From Candidatus Saccharimonadota bacterium (lineage in GTDB: Bacteria > Patescibacteriota > Gracilibacteria > UBA4473), in assembly GCA_963677105.1 (NCBI GenBank), contig OY781871.1, positions 510,001 through 542,000 of the forward strand: a stretch of DNA of 32,000 nucleotides, given 5' to 3'. Positions 1 through 8,828 of this stretch are shown piece after piece; the first letter of the stretch is position 1; each line of letters opens with the position of its first letter. The translations under genes were made by a program, and so were the position numbers. The notes beneath the pieces are model-generated. The model did not search any database, was not told where the DNA came from, and saw nothing but the letters and a program-made list of their open reading frames with translations.

Positions 1-491
1 TACCAAAGTGCCAGCGTATTTTCCCCAATTTTTTCAAATTTATCAAGCTCCAGTTCCAATTCTGTGTCATCGCTGAAAACGCCCATTCCCGAGCCAAAAA
101 CAATCGGCGAAACTGTAACGATAACTTCGTCTATTAATTTTTCTTTTGCAAACAACGTATTAATTGTTGTTCCTCCAGCAACAATCGGATTCTCAAATCC
201 GAGAGAATTCAGTTTGTCCAAAATTTCTGTTGGAGACAAAGAAGTGAAAATTAAATTTTCTTCTCGTTGCTCCCATTCTCCGGCACTTCGTGATAGAACA
301 ACTGAAAGCCTTCCTGGCAAAACTCCTGGTAATGTATCAAATGTTGTTCTTCCAAAAATCATAACACCTGACTCTTTTGTTCGACTGCAAAAGAATTTTT
401 TATCAGCGCTTTCGGTCCAATTGGGAAAATGATTCGCGTCTTTTGCGATTCTCCCATCCAGTGTTTGAGCCATTAATAAAGAAACTTTCAT
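1..491 (-). CDS. RibD C-terminal domain / dihydrofolate-reductase-family protein (N-terminus complete, 3' end cut by window edge)
   Basis: Absent from the ORF track because it runs off the window. My minus-strand translation from the ATG at 491-489 gives MKVSLLMAQTLDGRIAKDANHFPNWTESADKKFF..GVMIFGRTTFDTLPGVLPGRLSVVLSR..IVAGGTTINTLFAKEKLIDEVIVTVSPIVFGSG. This is the LDGRIA / GRxTF / GGxxL..L(I/V)DE pattern of the RibD_C (pyrimidine reductase / DHFR-like) fold. The + ORF 64-432 is its antisense shadow. Confidence 0.6.
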   Translation of the reverse strand, partial: MKVSLLMAQTLDGRIAKDANHFPNWTESADKKFFCSRTKESGVMIFGRTTFDTLPGVLPGRLSVVLSRSAGEWEQREENLIFTSLSPTEILDKLNSLGFENPIVAGGTTINTLFAKEKLIDEVIVTVSPIVFGSGMGVFSDDTELELELDKFEKIGENTLALW

Positions 492-549
492 TAGCTGCAG
501 AGTAGCAGAAAATTTGATTTTCTTCAAAAATTTTGGCACGGTATCTCTA

Positions 550-1425
550 ATGAAAAATGTCTCTCCGGAATTGCGGTCAAAATTATTGCACTTTCAGCAA
601 AGTGAACGGACAGAGGCTATTGTTTATAGGAGCTTGGCAAAGCAATGTAAGAATGAAAAAAATTGTAGAATTCTCAATCAAATTGCTGATGATGAATTAC
701 GACATGCTGAATTTTGGAGAGCGGTGACAGACGGAGAACGCATAAAAGGAAATGTCTTTCGTGCTCGCTGGTGGAGCTTTGTTGCTCGCATTTTGGGAAT
801 CACATTCGGATTACGATTGATGGAACGAGGCGAGGGGAATGCACAAAAAGTCTATGCGAGAGTCGAAAAATATGTTCCAAATGTCAATACTGTTATTGCC
901 GATGAAGAAGCTCATGAACAGAAACTTATTGATGTTCTCGATGAAAAAAAATTAGAGTATGTGGGTTCTATTGTTCTTGGTTTAAACGATGCTCTCGTTG
1001 AATTGACAGGAGCTCTCGCTGGATTTTCTTTCGCGATTCAAAACACAAAAACCATTGCTCTTTTGGGGGTTATTACTGGAATTGCCGCAACCCTCTCCAT
1101 GGCTGCAAGTGAATATTTATCCAATCGAGCCGACGACAGTGGAAACGCACTAACTGCTTCTCTTTATACTGGAATCGCCTATTTGATAACGGTTATTCTT
1201 TTAGTAGTTCCGTATTTTATTTTCAACAACTATCTTCACGCTCTTGGAACAATGCTCGGAATAGTTGTGTTTGTAATTGCAGCATTTACTTTCTATCTTT
1301 CGGTGGCGAAAAATGAAAAATTCTGGCACCGTTTTGGTGAGATGACTTTAATTAGTGTTGGTGTTGCCGCATTGTCTTTTGGAATTGGTGTGGCTGCACG
1401 ATTGGGATTAGGGTTGGATATTTAA
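550..1425 (+). CDS. VIT1/CCC1-family iron/manganese transporter with N-terminal ferritin-like (rubrerythrin-type) domain
   Basis: The N-terminal half has ferritin-like ExxH pairs (DDELRHAEFW, ADEEAHEQKL). The C-terminal half has VIT1 hallmarks GLNDALVELTGALAG and MAASEYLS plus hydrophobic helices. I prefer the ATG at 550 (MKNVSPEL) to the TTG at 514 used by the track. Confidence 0.75.
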   Translation: MKNVSPELRSKLLHFQQSERTEAIVYRSLAKQCKNEKNCRILNQIADDELRHAEFWRAVTDGERIKGNVFRARWWSFVARILGITFGLRLMERGEGNAQKVYARVEKYVPNVNTVIADEEAHEQKLIDVLDEKKLEYVGSIVLGLNDALVELTGALAGFSFAIQNTKTIALLGVITGIAATLSMAASEYLSNRADDSGNALTASLYTGIAYLITVILLVVPYFIFNNYLHALGTMLGIVVFVIAAFTFYLSVAKNEKFWHRFGEMTLISVGVAALSFGIGVAARLGLGLDI

Positions 1426-1658
1426 AAAATCATTCCTACAAGCGAAACCAACGCAATGATTCCCCAAACAATCTGAAGTGCTGAGGCGGCCCACGCTTTT
1501 TTCTTTACAACAGATATTCCAAGAAATAAAGCCCCAAAAAGATTAATAACTGGATATACGATTCCCTCTACTGAAATAAACCCAAATACATTTAAAAAAT
1601 ATCCCAACACGACGAGTGTTGTTCCAACCCAACCGATGATTTCGGAAATTTTATTCAT
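1422..1658 (-). CDS. small 3-TM membrane protein (CBU_0592-like / PQ-loop-half-like)
   Basis: 78 aa with three hydrophobic helices. The pattern IIGWVGTTLVVLGYFLN...INLFGALFLGIS...LQIVWGIIALVSL resembles the small CBU_0592-type membrane protein family. It overlaps the VIT1 stop by 4 nt on the opposite strand. Confidence 0.5.
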   Translation of the reverse strand: MNKISEIIGWVGTTLVVLGYFLNVFGFISVEGIVYPVINLFGALFLGISVVKKKAWAASALQIVWGIIALVSLVGMIF

Positions 1659-1668
1659 TTTTATTTAT

Positions 1669-2514
1669 TTATAAAACAATAGACATTCTTCCGAGCGACT
1701 CCTGTGGTTCGTATTTTGATTTCAGCTGCTCAAAACATTCTTGGACCAGGTCCTCTGAATCGCCGTCGCCAACCTCCGCCCGATCAAATGCGTTTTTTGG
1801 ACAATTAAATTGAATTGGCTCCGCTAAACATTTTCGGGCAATTATCTCTCGTGCCTGATCAAAATGGATGTCATAAATATGTGCATTCGAAATTGAGATT
1901 GTTAAAAATCCAACTCCCACACCTACCTTTTCCGCCAGAAAATGAGCTAATAATGCGAATCCCGCTGTGTCATGCGGATTCCCAAGCATCATGTCATTCG
2001 AGCGGATAATTAAATGAAGATGTAATTTCCCACCGATAATCTGAACTGTGAAGGTGTATGGACACGGAACATTTTTCTTCTTCGTTCCTGTGGCTAAACC
2101 ATCATCTGCTGGATCCCACATCAAAATTACCCCATGACGAGAACTCGGATCTTGTTGTAATAATTTCACCAAACCGTCTATTTGATCTCGACCAAAATGT
2201 TTTCTCCAGCGAAACCCATACGCAGACTCCACGCAATTATTTTCTTCTGCGAAGTCGTTCCAGATCTTTGTAAACTTCTGTAAAAATGTAAGATCTTTTC
2301 CTCCCATAAGAAACCAAACCTGTTCTGCAATAAATACTTTTAATGGAATTTTTCGCAATGTAAGAAGGGGAAATCCTTTTTCTAAATCGAACTTCATAGT
2401 CATCCCGGGAAGAGATTTACAAACATGCCCCGTTCTTTCGTTTACTTCTTCAAATCCATTTCCCATAATTTCCCGAAGGAGGTTTTGATACTGTTCATCA
2501 AATTGATTTTTCAT
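1669..2514 (-). CDS. thyA: ThyA-family (thymidylate synthase fold) enzyme; atypical Asp at the dUMP-specificity position
   Basis: It aligns without gaps to E. coli ThyA through the core: ERTG, GFPLLTLRK, WFLMGG, IWNDFA, YGFRWR, DQI..L..DPSSR, catalytic Cys in VPCP, RSND, SNAHIY. I chose the start at MKNQFDEQY (2514); the longer ORF to 2556 would overlap the divergent gene at 2544. See the finding on the N177-equivalent Asp. Confidence 0.8.
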   Translation of the reverse strand: MKNQFDEQYQNLLREIMGNGFEEVNERTGHVCKSLPGMTMKFDLEKGFPLLTLRKIPLKVFIAEQVWFLMGGKDLTFLQKFTKIWNDFAEENNCVESAYGFRWRKHFGRDQIDGLVKLLQQDPSSRHGVILMWDPADDGLATGTKKKNVPCPYTFTVQIIGGKLHLHLIIRSNDMMLGNPHDTAGFALLAHFLAEKVGVGVGFLTISISNAHIYDIHFDQAREIIARKCLAEPIQFNCPKNAFDRAEVGDGDSEDLVQECFEQLKSKYEPQESLGRMSIVL

Positions 2515-2543
2515 CGGCTCTATTTTGGCGTAGAATCCGAGCA

Positions 2544-2753
2544 ATGACAACCCCAAAAATAACCGGGAACGAAACCATTGGAGAAATCATGACTATGAGA
2601 TCTTCTGCGGGAGAAATATTGTTTGATTCTGGTCTTGGGTGCGCGATGTGTCCACACGCTCAAGTAGAAAGTCTACGTGATGGATGTATGGCTCACGGAT
2701 TCGAAGAATCTGAAATCACAGCGTTAATAGATAAACTTAATACATCCGAATGA
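2544..2753 (+). CDS. DUF1858-like small redox-disulfide domain protein
   Basis: 69 aa. ITGNETIGEIM...GLGCAMCPHAQVESLRDGCMAHGFEESEITALIDKLN matches the DUF1858 / hybrid-cluster-protein-associated redox disulfide domain pattern (M.CxGCP.A..EtLeeA...HG.....L...LN). Its stop overlaps the next start (ATGA). Confidence 0.6.
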   Translation: MTTPKITGNETIGEIMTMRSSAGEILFDSGLGCAMCPHAQVESLRDGCMAHGFEESEITALIDKLNTSE

Positions 2754-3955
2754 AAACCATTTTCCTCGCTGCTGGAAAAAGTAGTCGCATGTCTCCTCTC
2801 TCTGATAAAAATTTTCTCGAGTTTTGCGGTGAACCATTATTAATAAAGTTATTAAAGAATGCTCAGAAGGGAGGACTTGAAGACTTCATCATCGTCACAA
2901 ACAATAAAAATAAAGAAAAAATTGCAAACACCTTGCAAAACTTTAAATTCACGGCAGAGATAGTTCTCCAGAAAAATTCAAAAGAAGGAATGGCAGGTGG
3001 AGTTCTTGCTGGATTAAAAATATGTGATCCTGAAGAAGGAGTGGTTATTCTTGGCGGAAATGACGCAATTGACCCATTGGTATACAAGGATCTTTTAAAT
3101 TCTGATAAAGATTCTGATGGAGTCATCCTTGCAAAAAATGTCCAGGAATATTTCCCCGGTGGATATTTGCAAGTAGATGGTAAAAAGATCATTTCTATAG
3201 TCGAAAAGCCAGGCGAAGGAAATGAACCGTCGAATTTAGTAAATATAGTAGCTCACCATCTTAAACAGAGTAAATATCTAAAAGAACAACTTGAATCTCT
3301 TGATCTAACAAAGTCCGGAGACGCATACGAACAAGCTCTCCAAAATTTATTCCATACTCAAGAATTTTCCGTAGTTGAATATTCTGGAGTGTGGCACGCA
3401 ATAAAATTCCCACATCATGTGTTGGAAATGCAAGAATATTGGCTCTCCCAGTTGCCAATAAAGAATAATGTCCATAAATCTGTTCAGATAGCTGACACTG
3501 CACGCTTCCACGGAGGACGAATTACAATAGAAGAAGGAGTACGAATTTTTGATAATGCGGTTATTTGTGGCCCATGTTTTATAGGAAAAAATTCCATCAT
3601 AGGAAATAATGCTTTAGTTCGAGAATCAAATATTGGCCAAGGAAATGAAGTTGGATTTTGTAGTGAAGTCGCAAGAAGTTTCACAGCACAAAATGTATCA
3701 GCTCATCACGCATATATAGGAGACTCTATTATTGATTCTGATGTTAATTTTGGAGCGTTTTCATGTACAGCTAATCTCCGACTCGATAAGAAAAATGTGA
3801 AATACAATGTAAAAGAAAATCGTATAAACTCAGGAAGGAATAAGTTTGGAGCGATTATTGGTGCTAAAACACAAATTGGAATTCATGCGATGCTTATGCC
3901 TGGTTGCAAGGTTGACGCAAATAGTTTTGTGGCGCCGGGAGTTGTTGAAAAATGA
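2750..3955 (+). CDS. sugar-1-phosphate nucleotidylyltransferase with C-terminal left-handed beta-helix domain (GlmU / archaeal ST0452-like)
   Basis: The N-terminus LAAGKSSRM...PLL is the NTP-transferase P-loop-like signature (LAAGKGTRM in GlmU). The C-terminal third has hexapeptide repeats (IGKNSIIGNNALVRESNIGQGNEVGFCSEV...IGDSIIDSDVNFGA). Confidence 0.7.
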   Translation: MKTIFLAAGKSSRMSPLSDKNFLEFCGEPLLIKLLKNAQKGGLEDFIIVTNNKNKEKIANTLQNFKFTAEIVLQKNSKEGMAGGVLAGLKICDPEEGVVILGGNDAIDPLVYKDLLNSDKDSDGVILAKNVQEYFPGGYLQVDGKKIISIVEKPGEGNEPSNLVNIVAHHLKQSKYLKEQLESLDLTKSGDAYEQALQNLFHTQEFSVVEYSGVWHAIKFPHHVLEMQEYWLSQLPIKNNVHKSVQIADTARFHGGRITIEEGVRIFDNAVICGPCFIGKNSIIGNNALVRESNIGQGNEVGFCSEVARSFTAQNVSAHHAYIGDSIIDSDVNFGAFSCTANLRLDKKNVKYNVKENRINSGRNKFGAIIGAKTQIGIHAMLMPGCKVDANSFVAPGVVEK

Positions 3956-4078
3956 TCTTTTATTCACATTTTGGTGTAAAACGAAGAAAGACTTTTTATC
4001 ATCCAATTTTTATTTTGAATTAAAAAGTTTTTTGCAACGAGGTAGCACATTTCAAAAACACTCTGCTTTTTTATTTCT

Positions 4079-4109
4079 TCATTCACATTATTCACACAAG
4101 TTTTCCACA
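4079..4109 (+). promoter_or_regulatory. tandem DnaA-box-like 9-mers (TCATTCACA, TTATTCACA, TTTTCCACA)
   Basis: Read directly: 4079-4087 TCATTCACA, 4088-4096 TTATTCACA, 4101-4109 TTTTCCACA. The last two differ from the consensus TTATCCACA at 1 position, the first at 2. All are on the same strand. Related boxes lie at 3960-3968 (TTATTCACA) and 4421-4429 (TTATCCATA). Confidence 0.3.
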
Positions 4110-4405
4110 ATTTAAAAACTTTCACAGAAACTTTTTCAGATACAAAGAAAAGTTCGATTATATCAATAAATAAATGGAACAATTTTTTTATCAAATTTAT
4201 ATATATATTTATTTTTTATTTCTACTACATGACAGCAAAAAGACTCTTAAACTATTTTCTAAAGTAATACACATCTTTTCTCTATTACTTACTATTTATA
4301 TAAATAATATTAATTAACTAATAAGTAATAAGGGGATGTGTAAATAAAAAGTTATTCTTTGAAAGAAAAATTAAGAAAATATATTTTGTATAAAATAAAA
4401 AAAAG

Positions 4406-4433
4406 TTGACGAAATCTTCTTTATCCATAGAAT
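4406..4433 (+). promoter_or_regulatory. putative sigma70-type promoter for rpoC-rpsL-rpsG
   Basis: TTGACG (4406-4411), a 16-bp spacer, then TAGAAT (4428-4433), about 120 nt upstream of the rpoC ATG. Confidence 0.4.
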
Positions 4434-4553
4434 CGCGAAGCAAAATGTCTGAAGTTAATATACATTAAGACATTCTTTCCGAAATTTAGGCATCCCAACG
4501 GGATTTAGCCTTATTTAAGGACGCTTCATTTTACTCTCTTTTATCTTCATTAT

Positions 4554-7500
4554 ATGAGAAAAGATTTCACTCCGGCACCAGAACAAGAAAAAGATTTTCA
4601 TGCAATTTCTCTTTCAGTTGCTTCCCCAGAAGATATACTTTCATGGTCTCACGGAGAAGTAGTGAAACCAGAAACAATTAATTATCGAACTCAAAAACCA
4701 GAGCCAGATGGATTATTCTGTGAAAAAATATTTGGTCCTGTGAAAAATTGGGAATGTGCATGTGGGAAATATAAACGTATTCGATATAAAGGAATTGTGT
4801 GTGAAAAATGTGGGGTAGAAGTGATTCATTCTTCTGTTCGTCGTGAACGAATGGGACATATTAAGTTAGCTGTTCCAGTGACTCATCCTTGGTTTTTGCG
4901 ATCAACACCGTCAAAAATAGGATTATTACTTAATTTGCCAGTACGAAAATTAGAACTTGTTGTTTATTTTGCTGCGTATATTGTAGTTGAGGTAGATGAT
5001 GATGCGAAAGCTGAAGAATTAGAAAAATTAGAACAGGAGTATAAAAAAATAGTTAACAAGTTAAAGGAGGAAAATGCTGTAGCGATAAAAGCAGCAAAAT
5101 CTGCAGTGAAGAAAAAAGAAATGACTGAAAAGGATTATGAAAAATTTGAAATAGAATTAGTACAAAAGTTAGAAGAAGTTGCAGAAAATTTTAAAATAGC
5201 ACGTGAAGAATTGAAACTTATTAATATTGGGGAAGTCTTTTCAGAGCTTCAATATAGGGAAACATCAATGAAATTTGGTCACATATTCCGAGCGGGAATT
5301 GGAGCAGATGCTATTCGTGAAATTATTCAACGGATTGATTTACCAAAATTTGTTGAGAAATTAACTGGGGAATTAAAAAACTCTACAGGACAGAAGCAGA
5401 AAAAATTAGTAAAACGAATTAAGTTAGTAAAATCTCTCATTAGAAATAAAACAAAACCAGAATGGATGATAATGACGGTTATTCCAGTTATATCTCCAGA
5501 TTTACGTCCAATGGTTCAATTAGATGGTGGACGTTTTGCTACATCTGATTTAAATGATTTATATCGACGAGTGATAAACCGAAATGGTCGGTTAAAAAAA
5601 TTAATTCAACTTGGTGCGCCGGAAATTATTTGTCGAAATGAAAAACGAATGTTGCAAGAAGCAGTTGATATTTTGATTTCAAACTCATCTCAATCGACTC
5701 GCTCGGGGATGAATTACACACAGCGTCGGAAATTGAAATCATTGTCTGATATGTTGAAAGGAAAACAAGGAAGATTCCGACAAAACTTGTTGGGAAAACG
5801 AGTAGATTATTCTGGACGTTCAGTGATTGTCGTTGGTCCAACGTTAAAACTTGATGAATGTGGGTTGCCTAAAAAGATTACACTTGAGTTATTTAAGCCG
5901 TTTGTAATTGCGAAACTTATAGAATTTGAATTGGCATTCAATGTCAAGTCGGCCGAGAAAATGATTCGTGAAGGAGAATCGGTTGTCTGGGATATTTTGG
6001 CAGAAGTTATTGAGAATAAATATGTCCTTCTGAATCGTGCTCCGACATTACATAGATTGGGGATCCAAGCATTCCGTCCACGGCTCGTTAGTGGGAAAGC
6101 GATTCGTCTCCACCCACTTGTGTGTGCAGCTTATAATGCGGATTTTGATGGAGATCAAATGGCGGTGTATTTACCGTTATCGAAGAAGGCACAAGAGGAG
6201 GCACGAACGATTATGTCTTCCGCAAAAAACCTATTGAAACCCTCTTCAGGGGATCCGATTATTAATCCATCACAAGATATGGTTCTTGGGTGCTACTTTT
6301 TAACTCAAGAGTTTGATGGAAAATTAGGGAGCGGAAAGGGTTTTATATCAAAAGAAGAAGCGATTTTTGCCTACGAATCTGGTTGTATTCATTTACAAGC
6401 ACCGATTAAGGTTCGAGATAAAGGTGAAACACTCTCGACAACTGTTGGACGCTTGATTTTTAATGACATTATCCCCGACGAGTTAGGATATCAAAACCAT
6501 TCTTTTGCAAAGAAAGAGTTGAGCGCCCTTTTAGCAGAAACATATTCCAAGAGCGGAATAGATCGGACAGCGAAACTAGCCGATGACATCAAAGACCTTG
6601 GGTTTAAATTTGCAACGAAATCGGGAATTTCTATTTCCGCATTCGATCTTTTAGAAGCCCCAAATAGAGACAAGGTAATTGAAGATGCAAATAGACTAAT
6701 TTCAGTTATCAATCAACATTACCGATGTGGATTATCCACAGACACGGAACGATATAATAGCACGATTAAACTTTGGGCCCGGATAAAAGTGGAAATTACA
6801 GAGGAGATGATCCAACAATATGATTCAGAGAATGACATATTTTATCAAATTAATTCTGGTGCGCGTGGTAACTGGGGACAGGTTACACAGATTGCGGGGA
6901 TGAAGGGATTGGTATCAAGTCCGTCGGGTCGGACTATTGAGCTTCCGATTCGATCAAATTTGAAGCGCGGATTTTCAATCTTGGAATACTTCAATGCAAC
7001 ACACGGTGGACGTAAAGGGAAATCGGACACTGCGTTGAAGACAGCGGAAGCGGGATATTTAACACGAAGACTTGTGGACTCTGGACAAGATGTTGTCGTA
7101 CACGAGGAAGATTGTGGGACAGATATTGGAAAGATTATTTCTCGGCAGGAATCAATTACTCTCGGGATGGACTTTGAACGAAGAATCCGTGGACGAGCAC
7201 TTCTTGAGGATGTGAAAGAAGGAAGGAAGATTCTTCTCAAGAAAGGAGAAATCTTGGATGAAGATGCGATGGAAATTATTCGAGAAAATCAAGTAGAAGA
7301 AGTGGTTGTCCGGTCTGTAATGTACTGTAAAACACGAAACGGAGTGTGTCAGAAGTGTTACGGATACGACCTAGGAAATAACAACGTGGTAGAATTCGGA
7401 ACACCAGTAGGAATTATTGCAGCACAATCGATTGGAGAACCTGGAACGCAGTTGACAATGCGTACGTTCCACATGGGAGGAGTTGCGACAGAAGGGATGT

Positions 7501-8396
7501 CTATGACACAAGGATTGTCTCGTGTTGAAGAACTTATGGAAGCACGTACCCCATCAAACCCAGCATTATTAGCGGAGATTTCAGGGAAGATTACTATTAA
7601 AAAAGGGAAAAATGATACTCGAGTATTGATAAAAGCGAAACAAGCAGAAGATGACACATATATTTTGCAATATGAGATGGAGCCAGTTGTGGCACGGGGA
7701 GATGTTGTGAAAGACAGGCAGGTTTTGGCGCGATCGACAGAAACCAAGAGTACGATTCGTGCCCGTTGTGCGGGAAAAGTTTCTTCGATTGAGGGAGGAA
7801 GTATTGTCGTACATCAGGATGAAGCGGCGCAAAAGCAATATACGCTTTCAACGCGGGCAACGCTTTTGGTTCACGACGGAGACACCGTAAAGAAGGGACA
7901 GATATTAACAACAGGACACGTGGATCTGCGTCAACTTATGGAGCTTGATTCCATTGAAGCGGCGCAGGCATATATTTTGAATGAAGTACAACGTATTTAT
8001 GCTTCACAAGGGCAAGATATTGATGAGAAACATATAGAAATTATCGTAAAACAGATGGCATCAAAAGTGCGAGTGGTTGATTCTGGTGATTCAGAATGGA
8101 TTGAAGGAGAGGTTCATGATGTAATTGAATGGGGAAGAGAAAATGATCGACTCCGAAAAAAGAAAAAGAAAGAAGTACGAGTCGAGAGACTTCTCCTCGG
8201 ATTGACGCGAATCGCCCTTTGGACAGATTCTTGGTTAAGTGCTGCATCCTTTCAAGAAACAATTCGTGCGTTAGTGAATGCTTCAGTAGAGTGTAAGCAA
8301 GATACGCTTGACGGATTGAAAGAAAACGTTATCATCGGCCGGCTGATTCCAGCGGGAACGGGATATAACCACAGAAAAGCTGAATCAAAAAAGTAA
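4554..8396 (+). CDS. rpoC: DNA-directed RNA polymerase subunit beta'
   Basis: 1280 aa. It has the Zn-finger CxCGK..C..CGVEV, the catalytic [24 protein letters not shown], the trigger-loop/bridge region [18 protein letters not shown] and the C-terminal [17 protein letters not shown]. Confidence 0.98.
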   Translation: MRKDFTPAPEQEKDFHAISLSVASPEDILSWSHGEVVKPETINYRTQKPEPDGLFCEKIFGPVKNWECACGKYKRIRYKGIVCEKCGVEVIHSSVRRERMGHIKLAVPVTHPWFLRSTPSKIGLLLNLPVRKLELVVYFAAYIVVEVDDDAKAEELEKLEQEYKKIVNKLKEENAVAIKAAKSAVKKKEMTEKDYEKFEIELVQKLEEVAENFKIAREELKLINIGEVFSELQYRETSMKFGHIFRAGIGADAIREIIQRIDLPKFVEKLTGELKNSTGQKQKKLVKRIKLVKSLIRNKTKPEWMIMTVIPVISPDLRPMVQLDGGRFATSDLNDLYRRVINRNGRLKKLIQLGAPEIICRNEKRMLQEAVDILISNSSQSTRSGMNYTQRRKLKSLSDMLKGKQGRFRQNLLGKRVDYSGRSVIVVGPTLKLDECGLPKKITLELFKPFVIAKLIEFELAFNVKSAEKMIREGESVVWDILAEVIENKYVLLNRAPTLHRLGIQAFRPRLVSGKAIRLHPLVCAAYNADFDGDQMAVYLPLSKKAQEEARTIMSSAKNLLKPSSGDPIINPSQDMVLGCYFLTQEFDGKLGSGKGFISKEEAIFAYESGCIHLQAPIKVRDKGETLSTTVGRLIFNDIIPDELGYQNHSFAKKELSALLAETYSKSGIDRTAKLADDIKDLGFKFATKSGISISAFDLLEAPNRDKVIEDANRLISVINQHYRCGLSTDTERYNSTIKLWARIKVEITEEMIQQYDSENDIFYQINSGARGNWGQVTQIAGMKGLVSSPSGRTIELPIRSNLKRGFSILEYFNATHGGRKGKSDTALKTAEAGYLTRRLVDSGQDVVVHEEDCGTDIGKIISRQESITLGMDFERRIRGRALLEDVKEGRKILLKKGEILDEDAMEIIRENQVEEVVVRSVMYCKTRNGVCQKCYGYDLGNNNVVEFGTPVGIIAAQSIGEPGTQLTMRTFHMGGVATEGMSMTQGLSRVEELMEARTPSNPALLAEISGKITIKKGKNDTRVLIKAKQAEDDTYILQYEMEPVVARGDVVKDRQVLARSTETKSTIRARCAGKVSSIEGGSIVVHQDEAAQKQYTLSTRATLLVHDGDTVKKGQILTTGHVDLRQLMELDSIEAAQAYILNEVQRIYASQGQDIDEKHIEIIVKQMASKVRVVDSGDSEWIEGEVHDVIEWGRENDRLRKKKKKEVRVERLLLGLTRIALWTDSWLSAASFQETIRALVNASVECKQDTLDGLKENVIIGRLIPAGTGYNHRKAESKK

Positions 8397-8414
8397 AACC
8401 TTACGTTAAAAAAT

Positions 8415-8828
8415 ATGCCAACAATTAACCAACTTATTCGAAAAAGTCGCCGAAGTAAGGTGAAAAAATCGAAGTCTCCTGCAGTGGGATTATTATTTAA
8501 TAGCCTGAAGACACAGTTACATAAATTGCCTTCGCCACAAAGACGAGGAGTGTGTATCAAGGTTACGACAATTACGCCGAAGAAACCAAATTCCGCGTTA
8601 CGTAAAATTGCACGGGTGCGTTTAACAAATGGACAAGAAGTGAATGCGTATATTGGAGGAGAAGGACATAATTTACAGGAACACAGCGTTGTGCTCGTCC
8701 GAGGAGGACGAGTGAAAGACCTGGTCGGGGTGCGATATCACATTGTGAGAGGAACACTTGACTGTGAAGGAGTAGGAGGACGAAATCAAGCTCGTTCGAA
8801 ATATGGATCAAAACGTCCTAAAAAATAG
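8415..8828 (+). CDS. rpsL: 30S ribosomal protein S12
   Basis: [10 protein letters not shown]...PQRRGVC...[56 protein letters not shown] is unmistakable S12. Confidence 0.98.
   Translation: MPTINQLIRKSRRSKVKKSKSPAVGLLFNSLKTQLHKLPSPQRRGVCIKVTTITPKKPNSALRKIARVRLTNGQEVNAYIGGEGHNLQEHSVVLVRGGRVKDLVGVRYHIVRGTLDCEGVGGRNQARSKYGSKRPKK

Noticed and set aside
64-432. 122-aa + strand ORF at the left edge
   Set aside because: It lies antisense to a much better supported minus-strand RibD_C/DHFR-family gene (1-491) and has no recognisable motifs, so it is a shadow ORF.
2750-2753. Possibility of an alternative genetic code (UGA read as an amino acid, as in Gracilibacteria/Absconditabacteria)
   Set aside because: TGA terminates several well-supported genes exactly where the next gene begins (ATGA at 2750-2753, TGA at 3953-3955, TGA at 26398-26400). 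All conserved genes are full length under code 11.
3846-4194. ORFs of 89 aa (+, 3846-4115) and 76 aa (-, 3964-4194) in the AT-rich spacer
   Set aside because: They have a low-complexity, Phe/Lys/Asn-rich composition typical of random ORFs in AT-rich DNA. They overlap the end of the nucleotidyltransferase gene and the DnaA-box-like cluster, and I saw no SD or motif support.
8153-8176. A/G-rich run (cgaaaaaagaaaaagaaagaag) in rpoC as a possible slippery or frameshift site
   Set aside because: The reading frame continues uninterrupted into the conserved C-terminal beta' motifs ([17 protein letters not shown]). It simply encodes a KKKKKE patch.
5626-8262. Numerous 60-130-aa ORFs nested in or antisense to rpoC
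   Set aside because: All lie inside a continuous, strongly conserved 1280-aa beta' reading frame, and none has independent support.
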